A stretch of DNA of 64,000 nucleotides from Candidatus Bathyarchaeota archaeon (lineage in GTDB: Archaea > Thermoproteota > Bathyarchaeia > Bathyarchaeales > Bathycorpusculaceae): assembly GCA_963827165.1 (NCBI GenBank), contig CAWGZR010000009.1:224001-288000 (forward strand), written 5' to 3'. The position numbers and the translations under genes are program-made. The notes under the pieces are model-generated. The model was given only the letters and a program-made list of their open reading frames with translations. It made no database searches and was not told where the DNA came from. Position 1 is the stretch's first letter. The number at the start of each line of letters is the position of its first letter. Below, piece after piece: positions 41,021 to 50,864 of this stretch.

Positions 41021-42310
41021 CTATGCACCGATTTTTTTAGCCAGTTCTCCGATGGGAACGATTGTTTGTTCTCTCTTTGCTAGGTTCCTAAGCATTACCG
41101 CGCCCCCCTTGAGTTCACGTTCACCTACGATGACCGCGTAATCCACTTTGCGTTTGTCAGCATCTTCCAAAGCTTTCGCCATCTTGCGACCCATAACCTC
41201 AAACTCAACTATCACGCCCGCCTGCCTCAGCTGCTGAGCAATTTTCAGCGCCTCAACCTTAAGGACATCGTTGACTGCGAGCACAAGAATCCGTTTTTCC
41301 TCTTCGGTTCCCACTTTTGCGTTTTGCGTTTGAAGCGCTAAAGCGATGCGGTCAATTCCGTGGGCGCAGCCCACTGCGGGGGTCGGTTGGCCGCCGAACA
41401 ATTCAATAAGCTTGTCGTATCTGCCGCCTCCGCCTAACGCAATATCCAATTCAGGAATGTAAATTTCGAAAATCATCCCTGTGTAATACTCAAGCCCCCG
41501 TGCAAAAGCGGGTTCCACAAATTTGACGGGGCATCCGCTCTCAACAACAAGTTTGAGAATGTCGCATAGGTTTTCCGCGGCAACTTCCGCCATCTCATAA
41601 CCCGCTACATATGCCTTGACTTTCTCTATAGTTTTGAAGCAATCGTCAGTTTTCAGCTGCAATAATCCTTCAAGCAGGTCTCGGCATTTTTCCGTCGGCG
41701 CCAGTTTGAAGGCTTCGTCATACTCCTTCTTGTCCATGAGCTGCAAAATCGTGTTCTGGGTTTTTTCTTCAACACCCTCTTGGCTGAGAATCCCACGTAC
41801 AACGCCGATGTGTCCGATTTTGAAGGCGTAGCCGCGCAGACCCAGAGACTTCATGAATGTGTCGGTTAGTAGGACGATTTCGGCATCGGCTTCAGGTCGG
41901 CTTGAACCCATCAACTCGAAGTTTGACTGATAAAACTCTCGGTAGCGTCCTTTTTGGGGTTCGTCGTAGCGGTAGACGCTGCCCGCAGAAAACATCCTTA
42001 GCGGCTTTGGCTCGTTCTTGAGAGCCGTTGTGGCTAGCCGCGCAATTGATGCGGTAAATTCTGGGCGTAGCGCCACTTGGCGCTCACCCAAATCCTTAAA
42101 GATGAACATGCGCTGGCGAATTTCCTCGCCCGACTTGGCGCTTAACAGCTCAAAAGACTCAACAACTGGGGTAACCACTTCTTTGTAACCGTAAAGCCGG
42201 GCTGTTTCCCGTGCTTTACCGATAATCCTTATAAAGGCTTGGGCATCTTCGCCGAGCAAATCGCGCATTCCGCGAACAGTTTGAAAAGAAGGCATGAGGT
42301 TTTTCTCCAT
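41021..42310 (-). CDS. hisS: Histidine--tRNA ligase
   Basis: RGMRD, LRPEFT, YRYDEPQKGRYREF, RGLEYYTG, GGGRYD. Confidence 0.98.
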   Translation of the reverse strand: MEKNLMPSFQTVRGMRDLLGEDAQAFIRIIGKARETARLYGYKEVVTPVVESFELLSAKSGEEIRQRMFIFKDLGERQVALRPEFTASIARLATTALKNEPKPLRMFSAGSVYRYDEPQKGRYREFYQSNFELMGSSRPEADAEIVLLTDTFMKSLGLRGYAFKIGHIGVVRGILSQEGVEEKTQNTILQLMDKKEYDEAFKLAPTEKCRDLLEGLLQLKTDDCFKTIEKVKAYVAGYEMAEVAAENLCDILKLVVESGCPVKFVEPAFARGLEYYTGMIFEIYIPELDIALGGGGRYDKLIELFGGQPTPAVGCAHGIDRIALALQTQNAKVGTEEEKRILVLAVNDVLKVEALKIAQQLRQAGVIVEFEVMGRKMAKALEDADKRKVDYAVIVGERELKGGAVMLRNLAKREQTIVPIGELAKKIGA

Positions 42311-43057
42311 TGCTTAAAAGGACACAATTATTCTTTTAAACTCTCTGATGGGGCTTGAAAGCTACAGTTCCACCGACTTATCAATGCACTATCCGTCTTA
42401 CTGATAGAAAAAACTACGCTGCATTCAGTTTCGGCAAAAGAAACAAGCGCCAAATCAAAGATCACAAAAAATAGGGAAAAGTGTGTTTGGCGGGTCAAAG
42501 CACCTTTTGGACCAGACGCGCGCAAGGTTCTCATTTTGGGCTAAGTAGCCTCCGTGTCCTGCCAATGTTGACCCAGCCAATTGTTTTCCGTTGGGGGTAT
42601 TTTTCCCGTTTTAATTGTACCTGAATCTTTCAATAAAGGGCTTTTTGATGGTTTTTTTGTACTTCGAAGTTCAAGAAAATTAATCGCACAAAAAAACAAT
42701 GGCAATTAGAAGAGAAAAGCCAACTTGCCACAATAATTTCACATTTTTATGGGATGCAGTTGCAAAAAACAGGCCATAATATTCATTTTTGCTCCGTGCA
42801 TGTGTCGATTTTCATGTGTATTCTTGAGTTTTCACGACGCCGTTATCGAATGTTGGTCGAACCGCGGGTTCTCGAAAGAAAATCGAGCCAACTCATTTTA
42901 GCTTGTGTCCTTATACTTTTATGCTCATACGCCTAGCAAAGCTAAAAAATCACCAAGAAGTACTTGGGAACAAGTTATATATGGAATAGCGGAGTTACTT
43001 TTTTAGAGCTTGTTCTATGCGTTAGCCCACCGAGAGATGTGGAGGTTAAAAAAAATT

Positions 43058-43531
43058 ATGAGCAAATCGGTTGTACCTAAACTAAAGATAAGTGAGATAT
43101 CTCAGATCGGAATCGTTGTCAGGGATTTGCGGAAGGCAGTGGATAACTATTGGATGACCTTTGGAATTGGCCCTTGGCAGGTAGTCAAAATGGAACCGCC
43201 GATTCTCAGGGAAGTGACTCTGCGGGGGAAACCCGTTGGGACATCAATGCTGGCGGCAGTTGCACAAAGTGGTAACATTCAACTGGAACTTATTCAGCCC
43301 CTCGATGGTCCGAGCATCTGGAAGGAGTTCCTGGAAGGAAGGGGTGAGGGTCTCCATCACGTTCAGCCGCTTGTTCAAGACCCTAAAGTTGTTCTCGCCG
43401 CACTCAGGGAAATGGGAGTTAACGTACTCATGAGTGGCAAGATCGGTGACAACGTATTCCACTACATGGATACTGAGCCACTTCTGGGAATAATTTGCGA
43501 GGTTATCGATACCGGCTCGCAAAAGTTGTAA
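43058..43531 (+). CDS. VOC family protein (methylmalonyl-CoA epimerase-like)
   Basis: QIGIVVRDL, GIGPW, LELIQP..GPSIW.EFL...GEGLHH; GGAGG RBS. Confidence 0.88.
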   Translation: MSKSVVPKLKISEISQIGIVVRDLRKAVDNYWMTFGIGPWQVVKMEPPILREVTLRGKPVGTSMLAAVAQSGNIQLELIQPLDGPSIWKEFLEGRGEGLHHVQPLVQDPKVVLAALREMGVNVLMSGKIGDNVFHYMDTEPLLGIICEVIDTGSQKL

Positions 43532-43701
43532 TCGAGCCCAATCATGCGAATAAACCACTGACCAAATACACAAGAGAATTACTCCCTAAGCAATCAGCAG
43601 CTGGTGCAAGCAAGTAATTCTCTCTGGCTAATTTGATCTAGGAAAATTTGCCAAGTACTAAACGAAAAAATTTTGGGACGCCGGTCGTCGTTACTTTCTT
43701 T

Positions 43702-43883
43702 TTAGATCAAGTAGTCTTCGAATTGCAATATTCCTTGAATTATGAGATAAGCGCCAACGAGGAATGACAAAAACTGTGGAAGCGTCCCCACAAAAATCCC
43801 GAAGAGAATATTGATCAAAGCATGCACAGGCTTTGAAACGTCAACGCCATTCTCTCTAGAGCTTTTTCAATTCCCTCAATCAT
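43702..43883 (-). pseudogene. Small DUF3096-like membrane protein, apparently frameshifted
   Basis: GAGGT RBS + MIEGIEKAL, then after a frame change in the (CT)n tract at 43851-43857: ENGVDVSKPVHALINILFGIFVGTLPQFLSFLVGAYLIIQGILQFEDYLI*. Confidence 0.55.
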
Positions 43884-43967
43884 GCATTAAACCTCTGCAG
43901 TTATCGGAGGCGCTGATTTGCAAAAAAAAAAATTAAGAAAAAAAAGAAAAAACGGGTTCTTTTTGTT

Positions 43968-44381
43968 TTAACCAACGATCTGCGTTATATCTTTGATTAT
44001 TGTTTTTTCTACCTCTCGAGTCCAAAGCATTTCGGGCACGTCAACAGCTAGAAACAGCCAAGTTAGGAGAATGGTTTCGACTGCTACAACGCTTAAGTTT
44101 TGAATTAACTTGCCTATGCCGACATGGATTGTGAAATCGTTAGGTTGTCCCGCTATTAAGATTGTAAATGCCCTATTCGCGTCGATTATGCCTCTCAAAA
44201 CTCCGGCTTTTTGCGCTTGAATGATGATACCCAAGGGAGCAGTGGTTGACTGCGTTTTATAGCCTTCAGCGATTAATTTTTGAATAATCTGTTGCGATAG
44301 CTGGTTCAATTCCTTGTTTTTTCCTTGAAAGCGAATAACTTTTTCAGAGTAGTGGTCAGGTTTAATTTTTGTTTCTTGCAT
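43968..44381 (-). CDS. Hypothetical protein
   Basis: GAGG RBS, clean 137-aa ORF, followed by a T-rich terminator-like tract. Confidence 0.75.
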   Translation of the reverse strand: MQETKIKPDHYSEKVIRFQGKNKELNQLSQQIIQKLIAEGYKTQSTTAPLGIIIQAQKAGVLRGIIDANRAFTILIAGQPNDFTIHVGIGKLIQNLSVVAVETILLTWLFLAVDVPEMLWTREVEKTIIKDITQIVG

Positions 44382-44589
44382 TTTAGTGGTTCCTCAATCG
44401 AACACTCTTAAAATCATTTATAACGGTATGTTGTCGTTGCTCGACCATCACAAACAGATGATCTGATTGACCTGTGATAACACTTCCTTTATCTTAATGC
44501 CGAAGTTAGTCCATGCCTTGGCCCATTTAACCCTTGAACTCATTTTATAGACGTCAATTCAAACTCAAAAGTAGCTGAGACGCGGCAGC

Positions 44590-45399
44590 TTATAGTTTGC
44601 GAGCTTCCACTTCTAGGCGGATCATGCCGACATGAACCAGACCTGACTCATCAGCGGGATGCGCTTTCAGGTAGCGGTCAACGATTTCTTGGACGAATTT
44701 TGCCCTGAGTTCGATTGGAAGCCTGTCGGTGAATGGCAGCCACGTTGTTCGTACCCACCCAGCTAAGCCTTCAGCACCGTTATGTTTCATATCTCGGGGA
44801 AAAAGCTCAACCCGTTCGGCTACTAAACCAGCCTCTTGTAAGAGAACTCGGTATTCTTCTGGGTCGAAGAAGCCATAGGGAAACGGCATTTGGCTGAAAA
44901 ACGCGTGCCACGGCTCCAAATCAGCCAATTCGCTAAGGATGCACAGTACATCTTTAGCGTTACCTTTGCCAGCCATCTGAAAAAGCAGCCTACCGCCTGG
45001 TTTTAGGCTTCTTTGAACGCCATCCAAAACGGCTTTTTGGTCGACTATCCAGTGCAATGCGGCATTAGAGAATGCTATATCAAATTGTGATCGAAAAGTG
45101 AGCGTTCTCGCATCCAACATTTGAAAAGACAGGTTGGGATAATTTTTCGGGGGGAAGAAACTTTGCGCAAGGGTTATCATTTTTTCTGAGCTGTCAACTC
45201 CCACCACCCAGCCTCCGGGTAGGCACCGTGCGAGCTCTGCGGTGATTTTTCCGTCGCCGCAGCCGATGTCCAACATTGCTTCGTTTCCGTTGAGTTCTAG
45301 TTTGGGGATAAGTTCTTTAGCCCATTGGAACTGGTTTTGGCTGTTTATAGCGTAATCTTGAGCGTTCCAGTTGTAAGGCTGAGTTGTGATATCTTGCAT
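44590..45399 (-). CDS. Class I SAM-dependent methyltransferase (trans-aconitate MTase-like)
   Basis: WNAQDY, LDIGCGDG, GVDSS..M, FD..FSNAALHW, LKPGG. Confidence 0.93.
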   Translation of the reverse strand: MQDITTQPYNWNAQDYAINSQNQFQWAKELIPKLELNGNEAMLDIGCGDGKITAELARCLPGGWVVGVDSSEKMITLAQSFFPPKNYPNLSFQMLDARTLTFRSQFDIAFSNAALHWIVDQKAVLDGVQRSLKPGGRLLFQMAGKGNAKDVLCILSELADLEPWHAFFSQMPFPYGFFDPEEYRVLLQEAGLVAERVELFPRDMKHNGAEGLAGWVRTTWLPFTDRLPIELRAKFVQEIVDRYLKAHPADESGLVHVGMIRLEVEARKL

Positions 45400-45402
45400 C
45401 TC

Positions 45403-45954
45403 CTATTTGAATGCCATTTGCGAGAGGGAATAATAAACGATTTCTCCTCGGCGGTTCATCACGGCCAGCACCATCTCTTTCTTTTGGCTTTGAACCTGGC
45501 GCAAAGCATCAGCCATCTGGTCTATGCCCAATGGTTTTCCCTCTTGGATGCTCAAAACCAAATAAGGCGCTGTATCCTTGCCATACCCGCCGCGCTCGTA
45601 AACCCGAAAGTCAATGCCACCGCCGAAACCTTCTCGCGCAACGTAGCCTCGGCTTCTCAGGTCGCGGTAGACCATGTAGCTAACCCAAGCGTTCTCGTTT
45701 ACGACTTCGTAGCAACGGAGAAGACCCTGGAAATCCACCGCTTTAGCTTTGCTATCTTTGACTTCAAGCATATCCTTATCCGCAAGATAGAGCGCTTCAA
45801 AGAAGGTAAGTGTGAAAATTTTCTCCGCCAGCGTGCCGTATCCGCGGGAGTTTAGTGCGTCGATGCTGCTTTGTTCTGCTACCACTACGCCTTTTTCCGC
45901 GAGGGTGCCGTTTGTTCGAAATTCTGGCGGCGAGGGTTTTTTGTTCTCGGTCAT
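45403..45954 (-). CDS. endA: tRNA-intron endonuclease subunit (probably structural/non-catalytic)
   Basis: L...EALYL, VYRDLRSRGY, DFRVY, APYLV, KEMVLAV....IVYY. Confidence 0.85.
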   Translation of the reverse strand: MTENKKPSPPEFRTNGTLAEKGVVVAEQSSIDALNSRGYGTLAEKIFTLTFFEALYLADKDMLEVKDSKAKAVDFQGLLRCYEVVNENAWVSYMVYRDLRSRGYVAREGFGGGIDFRVYERGGYGKDTAPYLVLSIQEGKPLGIDQMADALRQVQSQKKEMVLAVMNRRGEIVYYSLSQMAFK

Positions 45955-46090
45955 AGGTTAGATCACCGTAGCAGGCTTCATTTTGGGGTTGTCGGCTCTT
46001 TAACGTTATGCTTGGCGAAAACCTATTTTACTCCAATTCTAAGAAACTGATAAATTGGTTTATGCTGTAACTGGATGTTTAGGTGTCAGT

Positions 46091-47383
46091 TTGGTTTCTG
46101 AAAAAGGCGGGCGTATTCTTGGGTGTCAAATTGCTACGTCAAATTCCGTGAAAATGCATAAGCTGCGAAGGTTCATGGCGTCGCTTTCAATTGAAGAAGG
46201 AAGAGGGGCCGAGTTTGTTTCGGTCTACGTGCCTCAGGAATCATCTGTAGATAACATAGTGGCAAACCTGAAGTGTGAGTTGGATTCCGTCGAAATAAAA
46301 TATGAAGATGCAAGAGACGTTATGAATCGCCTTCAAGAAGCCCTCAAAAACGTGATCCAGCGTTTAAAAATGCTGAAGGAAATCCCGGAGAACGGATATG
46401 CACTTTTTGCTGGAACATTCTCAGCGAACGATTTAGAGGTCGAAATGTTGAACGTCGAAGAGCTTGTACCGCCGGAACCGATAGTTGCCTATCTTTGCCG
46501 GGTCGACAATCATTTCCACTTGGAGCCGCTGAGAGAAATGCTGAGAAGCCAAAAAGTTGTGGGAATCTTAACCGTGGATTCCAAGGAAGCCAGCTTCGGA
46601 TTACTCAGCGGTGAACGCTTCGATTTTATCGAGAATATCACGTCAGGGATTCATGGGAAGTCTGGGAAGGGGGGCTCAAGTCAAAGGCGCTATGAACGTG
46701 AACGCGATATGGCAGTCACATATTTTTTCCATCGGATCGCGGAGCATGCAACGAAGGATTTTTTGGAAATCCATAAGGTTACGGCGTTGGCGGTGGGAGG
46801 ACCTGGTCCGACAAAACAGGATTTCTTGAAGGGCGATTTCCTGAATTACGAGCTCAAGAATAGGCTTGTAAGCGTGGTTGACACGCAATCAACTAGTCAA
46901 GAGGGGGTGCGAGAAGTGCTTGAGAAATCGGCTGATGCGTTGAAGAACATGTGTGCGCCTGAGGAAAAGATGATGATGCAGCGGTTTCTGGGAGAATTAG
47001 GCAAGGAACATGGGTTGGCTACTTACGGGTTAGATTCAGTTTTGACTGCTCTCAATAGGAGCGAGGTCGAAGTTGCGTTGGTGACAGATTGCACGGACAT
47101 GACTGAAATCGTGGCGGTTTGTAAAAGATGCGGATATTTGCGAGCAAAGATTGTGCCTAAGGCGCATAAGCAGCTCACTATTCAGGAAATGGCGTCGCAT
47201 CCATGCGAGAAATGCCGCGGCGTTGAATATATCGTGGAAGAGAAAGATATTGTTGATGTACTGGAGGATTTGGCTTCGCAAACAAACGCGGCGGTTGAAG
47301 TGATTTCTACCGAGTCGGAGGAAAAAGCAAGGCTCGCTGCTCTAGGCGGATTTGGTGCTATCCTAAGATACAATCCCAGATAA
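46091..47383 (+). CDS. aRF1/eRF1 release-factor paralogue with GGS in place of GGQ
   Basis: eRF1 three-domain pattern (G.EFVSVYVP, PPEPI..YLC..D..FHLEPL, GGPG.TK..F, YG...V, GGFGAILRY); motif GKSGKGGSSQRRYER. Confidence 0.88.
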   Translation: MVSEKGGRILGCQIATSNSVKMHKLRRFMASLSIEEGRGAEFVSVYVPQESSVDNIVANLKCELDSVEIKYEDARDVMNRLQEALKNVIQRLKMLKEIPENGYALFAGTFSANDLEVEMLNVEELVPPEPIVAYLCRVDNHFHLEPLREMLRSQKVVGILTVDSKEASFGLLSGERFDFIENITSGIHGKSGKGGSSQRRYERERDMAVTYFFHRIAEHATKDFLEIHKVTALAVGGPGPTKQDFLKGDFLNYELKNRLVSVVDTQSTSQEGVREVLEKSADALKNMCAPEEKMMMQRFLGELGKEHGLATYGLDSVLTALNRSEVEVALVTDCTDMTEIVAVCKRCGYLRAKIVPKAHKQLTIQEMASHPCEKCRGVEYIVEEKDIVDVLEDLASQTNAAVEVISTESEEKARLAALGGFGAILRYNPR

Positions 47384-47414
47384 AAGGAAGCGATCGCGGA
47401 AACCTCTTTCCAGA

Positions 47415-48443
47415 TTATTCCACTGGTGCGGTTTTCGTAAATTCGCCGTAGTCTTTGGGGTAGTAAACTTGGGTTTCGCAGATTATGGCTGACACGTATT
47501 TGAGTGGAGTAATGTCGAAAGCGGGGTTCATTACTTTGGCGCCGTCAGGTGCGATTTGTACTGAGCCGACGTGGGTGACTTCTTCTGGTTTGCGCTCTTC
47601 AATCACCACATCCTCCGACGTGTGTGCCAGATCGAAAGTGGATTTAGGTGCCGCAACATAAAACGGAATACCATGCTCATGCGCCAGCACCGCGACTGAG
47701 TAAGTTCCAATTTTGTTTACGACGCCATCTTGCACGATGCGGTCAGAACCTACGATAACCTTGTCAACGAGTCCTCTGCTCATGACGTAACCCGCCATGT
47801 TATCCGTTATCAAAGTAACAGGTATCCCATCACGCATAAGCTCATAAGCCGTAAGCCGCGCACCTTGAAGAAGCGGTCGGGTTTCATCGGCGATAACCTC
47901 GATTTTTTTGCCTTCTTCCCAAGCCGCGCGGATAACACCCAATGCCGTGCCGTATTCGACAGTAGCCAATTCGCCGGCGTTGCAATGGGTCAAAATCGTG
48001 TCCATATCTTCTATGAGTACGGAGCCATTTTTGCCGATGGCACGGTTCTGAGATGCGTCTTCATCAGCAATACTCTGCGCGTCCAAAATCACCGCCTGCT
48101 TTATGGCTTCAACACCGCCCTTAGTGCTTCGTGCTTTACCCAGAACTCGGTCTACCCCCCAGAAAAGATTCACCGCGGTTGGACGCTGCCGCTTGATTGT
48201 GGCGCCAGCATCCTCAAGTTCAGAAAGAAGTCTTTCTCTGACTGTGGCATTCGAATGGTAAGCTGCTAACGCAACGGCGAAACCTGCCGCAGCACCCAGC
48301 AGAGGGGCACCCCTGACGCGCAGGTTTTTTATGGCTTCGGCCATTTGCTCAACCGTCTTAATTTCCAAGATAACTTCTTTAAGGGGAAGTTTGGTTTGGT
48401 CGGGGGTGATTACTGTCCCGTTTAGCCATTGAATCATACGCAT
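47415..48443 (-). CDS. mtnA: Methylthioribose-1-phosphate isomerase (eIF-2B-like family)
   Basis: VRGAP, RPTAVNL, LTHCNAG.LAT..YGTALG, ETRPLLQGARLT, NKIGTY, NPAFDITP. Confidence 0.93.
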   Translation of the reverse strand: MRMIQWLNGTVITPDQTKLPLKEVILEIKTVEQMAEAIKNLRVRGAPLLGAAAGFAVALAAYHSNATVRERLLSELEDAGATIKRQRPTAVNLFWGVDRVLGKARSTKGGVEAIKQAVILDAQSIADEDASQNRAIGKNGSVLIEDMDTILTHCNAGELATVEYGTALGVIRAAWEEGKKIEVIADETRPLLQGARLTAYELMRDGIPVTLITDNMAGYVMSRGLVDKVIVGSDRIVQDGVVNKIGTYSVAVLAHEHGIPFYVAAPKSTFDLAHTSEDVVIEERKPEEVTHVGSVQIAPDGAKVMNPAFDITPLKYVSAIICETQVYYPKDYGEFTKTAPVE

Positions 48444-48493
48444 ATTTTGTGCCTCAACATAACTGTGTTACTCGTTAGTTGGATGCGCCTTGG

Positions 48494-48898
48494 TTAAAGA
48501 TTTTCTGTTTTAAGAATGGATCGTTGGACTAAATCGTAGAGGTTTCCATACAGATCCTCGAAAACGACTTCCATACCCCAAGCCTGTTCGGTGGGTTCAC
48601 CGTAGAACTTGACGCCTCTGGCTTTCATCGCTGTGTAATCCCGCTTGCAATCGTCAGTTTCCAAAGTCATAAAAACATGATCTCCCGCCTGCCTGCCCAG
48701 CGCCTTCCGCTTACCCTCAGTATCGGCGAAAACAAAAGTCAATTCAAGGTCAGGCTGATCTCTGGGAGAAATCGTAACCCAGCGCATGTCACCCCAAAAT
48801 TTCGTGTCTTGCCGTTTCACAAAACCCAGCTTCTCAACGTAAAAATCTGCGGCTTCATCAAAATCCTTAACTAACAATGTTAAGTGACCAATTTTCAT
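48494..48898 (-). CDS. VOC/glyoxalase family protein
   Basis: L.V.DFDEA..FY..KLGF, RWVT, GVKF..EP....WG...FEDLYGN. Confidence 0.92.
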   Translation of the reverse strand: MKIGHLTLLVKDFDEAADFYVEKLGFVKRQDTKFWGDMRWVTISPRDQPDLELTFVFADTEGKRKALGRQAGDHVFMTLETDDCKRDYTAMKARGVKFYGEPTEQAWGMEVVFEDLYGNLYDLVQRSILKTENL

Positions 48899-48936
48899 AG
48901 ATTCATCCGCCTAAAAAGAAGGTTTAGATGCGCTAA

Positions 48937-49698
48937 CTAAGCGGAGTTGTCATATGGAGATTTTAGGTGGGTAACGACTTCGACGGGTGACTCTTCGCCG
49001 GATTTTAGCCTTTTCTTCCATTCTTCGCCAACTGCAATCAGCGAAAAGATGCCTGAAACCTCAGCTTTCGACTTCTTCACAAGCGTGACGAGAGCCTCTT
49101 GGGTTTCCCCGCTTTTAATCATGTCGTCCACGATTAGGACGCTGTCGCGTTTCTTTATGGCTTCTTTAGGGATGTAAAGGGTAACGGTTACCCCTGAGTC
49201 TTTTCCGAGGATGTATGTTTCGTCGATGAAGGCTTTTACACCGACTTCTTTGTTCCGTTTCGCAACGATAAGGTTCACACCGAGAGCGTTGGCAACCATG
49301 GTGGCCAAGGGTATGCCGTCGACTGCGGCGGTTAAAACTTTAGTTACCCGTTTGCCGGCGAAGTTTGCGAGGGCGTGATTGGCGGCTTGCTGCAGTATGT
49401 TGTAGTCGCCCACGATTTCTGTGTTGTCGAAGTAGCCTGCGTCGTCGAATTTTATTCTGCTGCGCAATTCAGCTTCCAAGCCGACCATTTTGTTTAGAAC
49501 ACGCCAGAGTTGTTTGGCACGTGTGGTGTTGGGTAACACGTGACCTTTGGCGTAGCGACTTAGAACGGTTACGGGTAAGTCAGTTTTTGAGGCTAATTCA
49601 CGGTATGTGATGTTTCGTTTGTATTTTGCCGTGCGAAGCAGTTCAATCGTCATTAACCGTAGTTTCAAATCTTCTGCATGTGTGCTCAAACCGATCAT
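48937..49698 (-). CDS. HTH-containing phosphoribosyltransferase-family protein (PurR/Apt-like)
   Basis: N-terminal HTH (TYRELA....LP..VLSRY..G..LP); PRPP motif VLIVDDMIKSGET. Confidence 0.9.
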   Translation of the reverse strand: MIGLSTHAEDLKLRLMTIELLRTAKYKRNITYRELASKTDLPVTVLSRYAKGHVLPNTTRAKQLWRVLNKMVGLEAELRSRIKFDDAGYFDNTEIVGDYNILQQAANHALANFAGKRVTKVLTAAVDGIPLATMVANALGVNLIVAKRNKEVGVKAFIDETYILGKDSGVTVTLYIPKEAIKKRDSVLIVDDMIKSGETQEALVTLVKKSKAEVSGIFSLIAVGEEWKKRLKSGEESPVEVVTHLKSPYDNSA

Positions 49699-49903
49699 AT
49701 CCCATTTTTACATTTATCAGTTAAATAATCGACTTAAAGTTATATTCGCAGTGATTGAATTTATGGGTTTCTGTCTAAAATGAGGACCACCCGAATCCAG
49801 TCACAGAAAAGTGCAGAAAGACTTTAGAAGTCATATTTCGCGTCTTCAACATTAGACTTTTTAGAGACCGCGCCAAGTGCTATACCAAAGGGGGAAAAAC
49901 TAA

Positions 49904-50455
49904 CTGCAGAGGCTCAGCAGATTATTCATAACCGCACTTTTCGGCTCAATCATCTTCATCATCAACGCTTTTCTACCTCCTCCGATAAACTACATAATGA
50001 TCGTCGTCCAAGCTGTCGTCCTCGCGATAAGCGGGTTATTCATCAAAAACTTGGGCGCAACCTATGTCGGCGCAGTGGGCGGACTCTTAACGGCGCTTGG
50101 CAGCCCGGCGTTGGGTCCTTTCACATTTCTGTTCTCGTTTCTCTTTGGAGCGTTAACCGACGGTTCACTCTGGGTCTTTCGAATCAACGCGTCATCTGAA
50201 GGCGTAAACCGCAACAGGCTCATTATTGCCATGGCAGTTGCGACCATGTTAATCGGGTTAGTCAGCTATTCCGCGTTCGCTATATTTCCACAGTTCGTTC
50301 CACTGGCAAGAGAGTTTTCAAGCGTCGGTTTATTCATCCAAAGAAGTACAATGCTAGATATGCTTGTCCTCTTGATGGGTCCAGCCACAGGAGTAGTTGC
50401 AGGTTACGCCGCGGCTTACCTTTGGAACAAATATTTGCGCCACATCCGCGTCTAA
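49904..50455 (+). CDS. Membrane protein, ECF S-component-like; probable CTG start
   Basis: The hydrophobic frame extends from ATG 49997 back to CTG 49904, after a GGGGG RBS-like tract, adding one TM helix. Confidence 0.72.
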   Translation: MQRLSRLFITALFGSIIFIINAFLPPPINYIMIVVQAVVLAISGLFIKNLGATYVGAVGGLLTALGSPALGPFTFLFSFLFGALTDGSLWVFRINASSEGVNRNRLIIAMAVATMLIGLVSYSAFAIFPQFVPLAREFSSVGLFIQRSTMLDMLVLLMGPATGVVAGYAAAYLWNKYLRHIRV

Positions 50456-50721
50456 AAGCCTTGTTCCCTGATTTCTTCATCAACCAACTTTGCAATCATC
50501 AAATTGGAGACAAACACGCATTTAACGCCCAGAATCTCGGCCAACTCCGCTGGTTTTTGATCCTCCGTTACCAAAAGTAGTTTGTATTTGGCCGCGAATT
50601 CTACGATTTCCCGGTCGTTAGCACCCTTTAACCCTGAATCTTGAGCAGTCTGCACTTCGTAGCCTAAGGCTTCAAAATATTCCTTCAAGCCTGCGTACAT
50701 CTCATCCAGCAGTAACTTCAT
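50452..50721 (-). CDS. DUF5615/Mut7-C PIN-like domain protein
   Basis: MKLLLDEM....L...GY....D.EI...A.....LVT.D. Confidence 0.88.
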   Translation of the reverse strand: MKLLLDEMYAGLKEYFEALGYEVQTAQDSGLKGANDREIVEFAAKYKLLLVTEDQKPAELAEILGVKCVFVSNLMIAKLVDEEIREQGF

Positions 50722-50864
50722 ACACAACCCCATGTCTGTCTTCACCACAAATTATTTAGCCTTTACTAGCTCACCGTCTCTTCTTATGCGCCGACGGACA
50801 CGCAATAATTTTAAGCGACAATCTTTCTAGCATTTCAATCAAGTTCACATTGATGGTGATAGAT

